Below, piece by piece: positions 43,045 to 50,582 of a DNA stretch of 64,000 nucleotides. The DNA lies in the NCBI GenBank assembly GCA_964410185.1, contig CAYPFM010000001.1, positions 208,860-272,859 of the forward strand, in the 5' to 3' direction. A program made the position numbers and the translations under genes. Origin of the DNA: an uncultured Candidatus Saccharibacteria bacterium (lineage in GTDB: Bacteria > Patescibacteriota > Saccharimonadia > Saccharimonadales > JAUPVS01). How positions within the stretch are numbered: position 1 is the stretch's first letter; the number at the start of each line of letters is the position of its first letter. Below the pieces are notes generated by a model. It worked only from the letters and a program-made list of their open reading frames with translations. It was not told the DNA's origin and ran no database searches.

Positions 43045-45042
43045 ATGAGAATTAGCCACGTTGAGATAGAAAACTACCGATCAATCGAAAAGATTGAGCT
43101 AAGAGTGCTTGACCCGACCATAGCCTGTTTTATTGGAGGGAATGGTAGTGGAAAATCAAACATCTTAAGAGCTATTGCTGCAATGAAGACTGGTCAAAAG
43201 TTTGATGATGACGATTTTTATGTTGAGGCAGGCGAGGAAGATGAGATTAAAGTATCGCTTACATTTATTCTGGAAAAATCAGACTTAGAGCTTTTAGAGC
43301 CGATTGGGCTAAAGTCACAACACGTAAGCGGGTTTAAGGTTACGAAAGTACAGAAGCTTGGGCAGAAACACACCGTATATGCTGAGTTACTAGGTTATGA
43401 CAATGTATTAGAAAAGCGACTTGAGAGTAAGCTTAATGTCATTACGCGTGCCATATCGGCGCAACTGAAACCTGAAGACGACCAAGAAGCCCATCTTAAG
43501 TTGAGCGCGACGATTCGTAACAGTGAAGAAACTAAAGAAGTAATAGACGCTAGTATTGTCAGTCTGATAACCACCCTTAAGCAATATGTGCCAGATGTCT
43601 CTACGCTGGGCATCGACGAGAAAGAACTTGAAGCTTTGGCAAACTTTAAACAGCCCAATTTTGCATACAAAGACCTGTTTGGTGCTATTGATATAGAGCT
43701 ACTTTCACTCGACGACTATCAAATAGCAAATGAGGCTCCCATTGAAGAGCTCCAAGTTAGAGATAGTCATCCTTTCCTATTTGACCTACTCTCCATATCT
43801 GGGAAGTCTGCTACTGACTTTTTGAATGCTGAGGGCAATAAAAAAATCAATATCTCAGAACAGGCTTCAGAACAACTTACCGATACAATGCAGAAAGTTT
43901 GGGGGTCTCATGGGCTACCGCTCGTCGTTCACAAAGATAAGAAGGACACGACCCTATCATTCTGTAGCAGGACGCCAAACCAGAAGGCGATTCCTTTAGA
44001 GAGTGCGAGTAAGGGTACACAATGGTTTCTTCGATTTTACACGAGACTAATAACTGCAAGGAATCACTCGAAGCGTATTATTTGGCTTTTTGATGAGCCA
44101 GACCTTGGTCTTCATGCAAAGTCCCAACAGGACTTAGTGAAACTCATTGAGGAACAGTCTGGCGACTCCCAAATACTATATTCAACGCATCAACCAATAA
44201 TGATTCAATGGCATCGTCTAGAACGTATTCATGTTGTTGAGAACGTCCCGAAGGTAAAACAGGAAAAGTTTGGAAAGGGTACAAAGGTACATCAACGGTT
44301 CTGGGATGATGGGGATTTTGACTCGCCTCTTAAAGAGGTGTTAAAGCTATTTATTGGTGAAGATATTCTCTGGACAAAGGAACATGTGGTTGTCGAAGGC
44401 CCTTCAGATTACTTCTACTTTGTGGGCTGGGCTAATCGTTTTGCCAACGATAATCCAAATGCAAAAATCTGGAATGATGAGTTCTCTTCTCCAAGCAGAG
44501 CTTTTGTTCCGGCCGGTAGTATCACTAACATCCCTCTCTTCTTATTCTTTCTCACAAAGAGGAATGGCGCAGAAACTGTAAACTGGGCGTCTATAACTGA
44601 CACAGGGAAAGATCACAGTGATATTAAGCAGGTAATAAATAGTACATCTCGCCTAAAAAGGTTTAGCGACCGAGTTATTGAATTGCAGAGGCCTGAAGGG
44701 GAGAAACTTGATAAAGACTTTGACGTTGAAGATCTTTTTGACCGACAAGAGTTCTACGACAAGGCAGCAGAGTACTATGCAGCTACGTATCCAGACTGCA
44801 AATTCCCAAACTATAAGGACTTAGCTAAACAAGAAAAAATAACCAAAACCTTAACTTCACAGCTAAAGAAACTTAACAAAGAGAAGATGCCTAACATATC
44901 GTTTGATAAGCCTGGTGTGGCTCAGTATATATACTCCCAGCTAGTGGTTGAAAACAAACCATTCTCGGAAGTATCTTTAAAGAACTTTAGATCGACGCTT
45001 AATGCAATCAATAGGGCATTTAGTCTTGACCCAACTGATTAG
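43045..45042 (+). CDS. OLD-family nuclease: ABC-type ATPase fused to a TOPRIM-like domain (class 1 OLD or fused PARIS-like)
   Basis: Walker A GGNGSGKS, signature-like SKGTQ, Walker B IIWLFDEPDLGLH and H-loop YSTHQP. This is followed by HVVVEGPSDYFYF (TOPRIM/DUF4435-type Glu). Confidence 0.7.
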   Translation: MRISHVEIENYRSIEKIELRVLDPTIACFIGGNGSGKSNILRAIAAMKTGQKFDDDDFYVEAGEEDEIKVSLTFILEKSDLELLEPIGLKSQHVSGFKVTKVQKLGQKHTVYAELLGYDNVLEKRLESKLNVITRAISAQLKPEDDQEAHLKLSATIRNSEETKEVIDASIVSLITTLKQYVPDVSTLGIDEKELEALANFKQPNFAYKDLFGAIDIELLSLDDYQIANEAPIEELQVRDSHPFLFDLLSISGKSATDFLNAEGNKKINISEQASEQLTDTMQKVWGSHGLPLVVHKDKKDTTLSFCSRTPNQKAIPLESASKGTQWFLRFYTRLITARNHSKRIIWLFDEPDLGLHAKSQQDLVKLIEEQSGDSQILYSTHQPIMIQWHRLERIHVVENVPKVKQEKFGKGTKVHQRFWDDGDFDSPLKEVLKLFIGEDILWTKEHVVVEGPSDYFYFVGWANRFANDNPNAKIWNDEFSSPSRAFVPAGSITNIPLFLFFLTKRNGAETVNWASITDTGKDHSDIKQVINSTSRLKRFSDRVIELQRPEGEKLDKDFDVEDLFDRQEFYDKAAEYYAATYPDCKFPNYKDLAKQEKITKTLTSQLKKLNKEKMPNISFDKPGVAQYIYSQLVVENKPFSEVSLKNFRSTLNAINRAFSLDPTD

Positions 45043-45124
45043 CCTTTAGGATACTAGCTTCTATTTCCGCTAAAAGCTCAAAATATTCAACAAGCACAGC
45101 TAGTTCCTCGTCGCTTAGTTTCAT
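45020..45124 (-). CDS. candidate 34-aa protein translationally coupled to the upstream membrane protein
   Basis: ATGA start/stop overlap at 45121-45124. Translation MKLSDEELAVLVEYFELLAEIEASILKANQLGQD. Confidence 0.35.
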   Translation of the reverse strand: MKLSDEELAVLVEYFELLAEIEASILKANQLGQD

Positions 45125-45549
45125 TGGGTGCTATCGGGAGCTGTAAGTACTGGTGGCTCTGGTATTGTTGGTAGCTGTTGTCGGGTGCCTTCAGATTCAC
45201 TTATCGTTCTGTCCAGATCAGCTTGTGAGACAGTGAGCCAAGCGCCCATCGTAAGACCGTAGGCTAAAAGGATAAAGAGTATTGGCTTAAGAATGCGCCA
45301 CCACATTTTGGGCTTTGGTTTGCCAGAGCGTTTGCGAATGTAATAGTTCGCGGCGAGGATGGTAATAACGAGAAGCCCAACACGAGTAAAAGGGAAAATG
45401 GGGTAAAGCCACTGATGGGTAGCGTTTTCAACTTGAGCTACAATCGTTTCAAAGCCAAAGTTCACTAACAGGAAAATGCCGAAAGCCGCAGAATAAACCT
45501 TAACTCTACTCACTTTTTGTTTGGGTTTTGGGGAGCTGTCGTCCGTCAT
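45121..45549 (-). CDS. hypothetical membrane protein (3-4 TM helices)
   Basis: 142-aa ORF with a ggagga RBS upstream. Confidence 0.55.
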   Translation of the reverse strand: MTDDSSPKPKQKVSRVKVYSAAFGIFLLVNFGFETIVAQVENATHQWLYPIFPFTRVGLLVITILAANYYIRKRSGKPKPKMWWRILKPILFILLAYGLTMGAWLTVSQADLDRTISESEGTRQQLPTIPEPPVLTAPDSTQ

Positions 45550-45587
45550 GGCTGATCCTCCATTATGTTATTAATGGGGAGGCCTGA

Positions 45588-45616
45588 ATAAAAAAGGACA
45601 ACCCCTCTAGGTTGTC
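45588..45616 (-). terminator. intrinsic terminator inside the leader of the 45549 gene
   Basis: gacaacc / ggttgtc 7-bp perfect stem (45597-45616). The T-run falls on the minus strand (plus-strand ataaaaaa at 45588-45595). Confidence 0.5.
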
Positions 45617-45757
45617 TACACCAGCACAAGGTTGTACCCTGTGTTTTTCGAGAGGTTGCCCATTGTTGGGTACAACCAATCAAAGATTGGCTTTCACAAG
45701 CTTGTACTGATGTAGACCCCATAATAATAACAGAGAAGTTACTTCAAAATCATCACG

Positions 45758-46261
45758 GTGTATGATGTTCCTATGGCTAAACAGGTGAAGGATAAAAAAT
45801 GGCGTATAATTCGCCCACCGTTAGGAACTGGGTTCTATCTTCCAACAAGGGAAGATTTACTTAAGATAAAGCGGGGCGATGTCGTGAAACTCATCTTTCA
45901 GGCAGGCGAAGACGCACCCGAAAGGATGTGGGTTCAAGTAGAAAAATGTGGAGACTCTGAGCACTGGACTGGACGGCTTGATAATGACCCTGCGCAAGAA
46001 TACTTGGCCTCAGTACTAAAATACAAAGATGTAATTCGCTTTCACCCGCTTGATGTTATTAATATTGATTCCGAAAATAAAGTTCCAGAAGAGCCGAGCA
46101 TTGAACAGATTATAGATAAAAAACTAGGTGACGTTATCAACAGCGTGAACAGGCCGTGGTATAAAAACCCTAACATCATGGTACCGGCTGCCGCCACAAT
46201 CATTGTTGGCCTGCTAAGTGCAGTCGTAACTCTAATCGCTGCTCTCATTAATAAACACTGA
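45758..46261 (+). CDS. hypothetical protein with C-terminal TM anchor (possibly DUF2314-like)
   Basis: 167 aa. ERMWVQVEKCGDSEHWTGRLDNDP pattern. C-terminal helix AATIIVGLLSAVVTLIAALI. Confidence 0.45.
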   Translation: MYDVPMAKQVKDKKWRIIRPPLGTGFYLPTREDLLKIKRGDVVKLIFQAGEDAPERMWVQVEKCGDSEHWTGRLDNDPAQEYLASVLKYKDVIRFHPLDVINIDSENKVPEEPSIEQIIDKKLGDVINSVNRPWYKNPNIMVPAAATIIVGLLSAVVTLIAALINKH

Positions 46262-46531
46262 ACAGAGGTAGATTCTAGGTACACTTGCTTTGTCTCTACG
46301 CGCGAGCGTCTTCACCCCCCCTGCATAGTAGGGGGGTAGGCGTCGTACATTGTCTGATAATGTGCGATGACTATTGAAGCTAACGCATGTTGCAAAAGAA
46401 CTTTTGCGACTTGCTCCGCGCGAATAGCCGGTGTAATTATGTACCCCCACCTTCTCTTTTGTTTTTCCTTCTTCTCTACTTGGTGCACACACAAAATTTT
46501 TTTCTAGGGCAAAGTGTTTAATAATTAGGGC

Positions 46532-46996
46532 ATGACTGCGAATAATAACGGCAAGGTAGTAACCCAAGCACAGCTAGTGCGCATGACTTACATGAAGTTG
46601 TTAGAGCTGGAAGTTAAGTTTGACTTACTTGACACAAAACTTGAAAGCCTCCAGCAAGACGTAAGTAGGAATGTGTTCGTACGTAGTGAGTTAATTAAAA
46701 CTAGATTTGACCACAGGACAAACGAGCTTTATATCACGGAGCACTTTAAGATACCTTTTGAGGGTAACGAAGCCGCTCTGCTAGCCGTCATGTTTAAGAA
46801 GTCTACTGGCCAGCCTAAGAGAACAACCAAGTTCTATCCAGCAGAGCTTGCCGGTACGTTCCAAGACGCCACAGATGGTCTTAAAACACCTAAGGCAATA
46901 CACGGAACGATTGTCAGGATTGATTCAAGCATTAAGCACAGAACAATGGGCTTAGAGGTCTTTAAGATTACAACTAAAGTTTTCTATTTTTTGTAG
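46532..46996 (+). CDS. hypothetical protein
   Basis: 154-aa ORF with an N-terminal coiled-coil-like segment. Confidence 0.5.
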   Translation: MTANNNGKVVTQAQLVRMTYMKLLELEVKFDLLDTKLESLQQDVSRNVFVRSELIKTRFDHRTNELYITEHFKIPFEGNEAALLAVMFKKSTGQPKRTTKFYPAELAGTFQDATDGLKTPKAIHGTIVRIDSSIKHRTMGLEVFKITTKVFYFL

Positions 46997-47053
46997 CACC
47001 CCCTAGTAAGTTCGCGTGAGTTCACTTGCTATCGGTTTTGTTTAAATGGGCAA

Positions 47054-47233
47054 ATGCTATTTAGAGCAAACCAAGCCATCCCGATTTCAGAAGCTCGTGA
47101 GCTACTAGGCGACGAGAGCGACAGTATGACCGACGAAGAAGTGTTAAGGCTGATTGAAGACTTTGACATCATTGCACAGTACACAATTAAATTAGTTCAA
47201 AAGTTTAAACAAAATAAAGCCACAACAGGTTAA
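47054..47233 (+). CDS. candidate 59-aa protein upstream of recombinase B (below track cutoff)
   Basis: MLFRANQAIPISEARELLGDESDSMTDEEVLRLIEDFDIIAQYTIKLVQKFKQNKATTG. Ends 24 nt before the recombinase ATG. Confidence 0.4.
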   Translation: MLFRANQAIPISEARELLGDESDSMTDEEVLRLIEDFDIIAQYTIKLVQKFKQNKATTG

Positions 47234-47257
47234 TATAATGTTAAAATAGTTCTAAGT

Positions 47258-48808
47258 ATGAATAGTGTTGTATATGTCAGGGTATCAACAGACGAGCAAG
47301 TGCTGGGCACGAGCTTAGATATGCAACAAAAACAGTGTTTAGAGTTTGCAAAGGCGCATGGCTGGAACGTACCGAAGGAAAATGTCTTTCGCGATGAGGG
47401 CGAATCAGCAAAGGCTACCAATCGGCCGAAGCTTCTCGCCATGCTTGAGCATTGTCGCAAGAACAAACGCAAAATTGAAAAGTGTATTGTTTGGAAGTTA
47501 GATAGGTTTGCTCGCAACTCTGACGATCATGTAATGATACGTGCCATACTGCGCAAGAATGGCGTATCACTCGTGTCCGTTACCGAGCCTATTGATGACA
47601 GCCCGACCGGCAAACTTATGGAAACGGTGCTTTCAGGCTTCGCGCAGTTTGATAATGAAGTCAGAACACACCGAACAACGGAAGGAATGAAAAGACGCCT
47701 TGAGCAGGGCGGGTGGCCGCATGACGCACCTATTGGTTATATAAAGGCGCGCACTCGTGAGGGCGTAACAACCATCGCTCCGCACTCAGAAATGGCACCA
47801 AAGCTCACACTCTTTTTAGAAACATTTTCAACCGGCCAATACACCGTCAGACAAGCAACTGACCTCGCCTATGAATTAGGTATACGAAACGGTAAAGGTG
47901 AAAAGCGAACATGGCAAACAATTGAAAACACTATCAAGAACCCGATTTACGCTGGGTACATTCAGTCTAAGTACACAGACGGCAATCGCTACGTTGGCTT
48001 GCACGAGGCGTTGATTAGCGAAGCAACCTTTAACAAGAACCAGAGTATCCTTGTTGGTAAACAAAAAGTGTTTACCCGCAGTGACGAGGGTGACTATCCA
48101 TTACGGCGAGACTTTTTACGCTGCATACACTGCGGTAAATTCGTAACTGCGAGTGCGCCAAAAGGGGCAAGCGGTATTAAGTACCCACGGTATAGCTGTA
48201 TTAATTGCAAGACATCGGTAATTGGTAAAAAGGTCAGCAAATCAAGCGAAGAGATTCATAAAGAGTTCCGTGAGGTATTGTCACGAATCCGCTACAAGGA
48301 AAACAGGCTCAAAGTTTTCAAACGTATTGTGTTGCAGCGTTGGTGCGATGAGTATGATGACGCGCTCAAGGCAGCCTATCAAGTTAATAAAGAGCTTGAA
48401 ACCTTGCAGACCGAACGCGCCAAGGTTAATCGCAAGTTCGCCCGCGATGAGTATACGTTTACCGAGAAGCAGGAATTAATCAGAGACATTGACGCCGAAA
48501 TCGTAGACTACATGAAGAAAAAAGTTGAAGCCGACGAGTATGCCAATCAAAAGGAGCAAATCATTGATAATGCCATGCTGTTCATGAACGAGCCATCAGA
48601 GTTCTGGAACAGAGCACCATTACAGATACAAAAGGCAGTACAGCATACACTTTTCCCGCATGGTTTGGCCTATGACTTTGAAAATGGCTTTGGAACTATT
48701 GAGCTGAACGAGTCGTATCTGTTGCTACAAAAAATAGCGCCCGAAGACGCTAATGGTTCTATTGTGGTAGCGGCGACAAGATTTGAACTTGTGACCCCAG
48801 GCTTATGA
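47258..48808 (+). CDS. large serine recombinase/integrase; last ~11 codons are antisense tRNA sequence
   Basis: VYVRVSTDEQ...DRFARN catalytic domain, recombinase domain, zinc ribbon (CIHCGK...YSCINC) and coiled coil. The ORF crosses the att core at 48765. Confidence 0.85.
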   Translation: MNSVVYVRVSTDEQVLGTSLDMQQKQCLEFAKAHGWNVPKENVFRDEGESAKATNRPKLLAMLEHCRKNKRKIEKCIVWKLDRFARNSDDHVMIRAILRKNGVSLVSVTEPIDDSPTGKLMETVLSGFAQFDNEVRTHRTTEGMKRRLEQGGWPHDAPIGYIKARTREGVTTIAPHSEMAPKLTLFLETFSTGQYTVRQATDLAYELGIRNGKGEKRTWQTIENTIKNPIYAGYIQSKYTDGNRYVGLHEALISEATFNKNQSILVGKQKVFTRSDEGDYPLRRDFLRCIHCGKFVTASAPKGASGIKYPRYSCINCKTSVIGKKVSKSSEEIHKEFREVLSRIRYKENRLKVFKRIVLQRWCDEYDDALKAAYQVNKELETLQTERAKVNRKFARDEYTFTEKQELIRDIDAEIVDYMKKKVEADEYANQKEQIIDNAMLFMNEPSEFWNRAPLQIQKAVQHTLFPHGLAYDFENGFGTIELNESYLLLQKIAPEDANGSIVVAATRFELVTPGL

Positions 48809-48841
48809 GTCCTGTGCTCTAACCAACTGAGCTACGCCGCC
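48765..48841 (-). tRNA. elongator tRNA-Met (CAU)
   Basis: GGCGGCGTAGCTCAGTTGGTTAGAGCACAGGACTCATAAGCCTGGGGTCACAAGTTCAAATCTTGTCGCCGCTACCA, 77 nt with CCA encoded. The D arm and variable region are near-identical to E. coli elongator tRNA-Met as I remember it. Confidence 0.8.
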
Positions 48842-48994
48842 ACGGGGTTCCGGGTTGAGGAACAGATGTGAATATACCATGTTTTGCCTCTGTTGGCTAG
48901 CCAGTACGCGAGATTTGTTCGCCTTAGCGCGTATTACTTGCTATAATGTAATTCCAGTATGATTGCTGGAAAAAACATCATAATTTTGTCAACA

Positions 48995-49017
48995 AACGCC
49001 TCGTCTGAGGCGTTTTT
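48995..49017 (+). terminator. intrinsic terminator within the leader of ORF 49043
   Basis: aacgcctc-gtct-gaggcgtt hairpin followed by TTTTT. Confidence 0.5.
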
Positions 49018-49042
49018 CTTATTAAAAATGGAGGTGTAAGTT

Positions 49043-49357
49043 ATGACGATGGAAGCAGACCGTGTTGGACAAGAAGGCAGGAATTTTAATGCCGACGTGC
49101 ATGTAGCGCTCCAGTATCTGAAAGAACAGTGCGCCTGCCCAGATCCGGCACTTGCATTTGATCCGTCCGCAGCCCGGGCTGATCTTGACTGGTTGCAGCC
49201 GCTTGGCGACCCCAACTCAGAGGCCTCCAAGAGGTACAACGCTGCGATTAGTGCTTTTGCGCGAGGTAGCGCGACGCCAGAACAGCAAGCCCTCATCATT
49301 CAGACCGAAGAGATAAAAGGGGCATTTGGAGCCTTACAGGATAAGCCTCGTACATAA
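49043..49357 (+). CDS. hypothetical protein
   Basis: 104-aa ORF with a ggaggtg RBS. Confidence 0.45.
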   Translation: MTMEADRVGQEGRNFNADVHVALQYLKEQCACPDPALAFDPSAARADLDWLQPLGDPNSEASKRYNAAISAFARGSATPEQQALIIQTEEIKGAFGALQDKPRT

Positions 49358-49655
49358 ATAAAAGAACCCTTTCTGCAGAAGGGCCCTTTTATGAGTTTGT
49401 AGTGGTTTGTTTTACAAAGATGAGATTAAATCATCGAATTGCGAAACAGAGCTGTCACTGGTTTGGATGAATTCATACGCTAATTGGTTTTTCACTGGTT
49501 TGATTCTTCCTATTTATTTTTGTATTTGTTTGTCATTTTTGTTTCTTAATGACAAGTACTATTATACATGAAGTTGCTTAATTGTCAAGTATAATGTGAT
49601 AGATATGGTTGTAAAAGCCGCTTGTATCTGTTACGATGTAGCTTGCTCAATCCGC

Positions 49656-49730
49656 CGCGGGGTGGAGCAGTGGCAGCTCGCGTGGCTCATAACCACGAGG
49701 TCGCAGGTTCGAGTCCTGCCCCCGCTACCA
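49656..49730 (+). tRNA. initiator tRNA-fMet (CAU)
   Basis: CGCGGGGTGGAGCAGTGGCAGCTCGCGTGGCTCATAACCACGAGGTCGCAGGTTCGAGTCCTGCCCCCGCTACCA. The 1:72 pair is unpaired (C/U). The first 15 nt are identical to E. coli tRNA-fMet as I remember it. CCA encoded. Confidence 0.85.
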
Positions 49731-49737
49731 AGAAAAC

Positions 49738-49764
49738 AGACTCATCGAAAGATGGGTCTTTTTT
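49738..49764 (+). terminator. intrinsic terminator after tRNA-fMet
   Basis: agactcatc-gaaa-gatgggtct hairpin followed by TTTTT. Confidence 0.65.
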
Positions 49765-49926
49765 CTTGGTCACTGGAGAAGACGAGAACCTGTTGGGCGC
49801 AGCCCAGGTTCGATTATGACGAACACGCGCAGAAGCTTGCTTCGAGCATGTGAGGAAATACGAGCAAAGCGAGGACCTGCCCCCCCGAAGTCATAGGTTC
49901 CACTTCCGTTCGGTCACTGTTATGAT

Positions 49927-50493
49927 GTGGGCAATATGTACGCAGCTTTTAAACCCCTCGGGGTGTTATCGATTGCCATCGGATGGGCTTCAATGCTTTT
50001 TCTGATCACAAAGTGGCGTGGCGACAAGTCCATGTCGTTTAGTCAGCACGCTGCTGCCAATAAGCATGCCTTTTTGACTATGGCTGTCATGGAGTCAATT
50101 TTTTTACCAATGTACTTTATCTTTATTGCCACCTGGTTTTCGTACACTTTTCGGCTTCCACCGGTTTTTGTGTTTCTTAACGCAGTTTCGGTTATTGGCT
50201 TACTAGTTGCGGCTTGGGTGCCCGATGCGCCGGGTATTCGAAGCCGGATCCATCATGGAGTGTGTTACCCAGCTTATGCAGCCATGCCAATAAGTGCGCT
50301 TTTTCTCGTTACCTCTAACAGTGTCAGCCAATTTGCGAGAATCTATAGCTTAATAGCGTTTGTCATAATGTTGGTTTGTGGTGCTTACATAGCATCCAAG
50401 TCCAAGAGCGGCGGCAGTAAATTCTTGTTTTTGCAAGGCTTGTTCCTGGCCTCAATACATTCGGCAATCTTGGTTGCTACATATATTCGCTAA
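49927..50493 (+). CDS. hypothetical polytopic membrane protein
   Basis: 188-aa ORF with 5-6 TM helices. GTG start; ATG alternative at 49936. Confidence 0.5.
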   Translation: MGNMYAAFKPLGVLSIAIGWASMLFLITKWRGDKSMSFSQHAAANKHAFLTMAVMESIFLPMYFIFIATWFSYTFRLPPVFVFLNAVSVIGLLVAAWVPDAPGIRSRIHHGVCYPAYAAMPISALFLVTSNSVSQFARIYSLIAFVIMLVCGAYIASKSKSGGSKFLFLQGLFLASIHSAILVATYIR

Positions 50494-50582
50494 GCCTGCG
50501 ATTATTCATGCCTGCAGTTCTTAAAGAAGTAAAACTGATTATGCCTAGTGACTAGGATGCTAACTGCTGGTATAACTTGTGC

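Larger units (their letters stand above)
42837..48771. mobile_element. integrated element B (about 5.93 kb) at the 3' end of tRNA-Met
   Basis: 7-nt core TGGTAGC at 42837-42843 and 48765-48771. Large serine recombinase at the right end reads into the tRNA. Sequence is AT-richer than the flanks. Confidence 0.6.
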
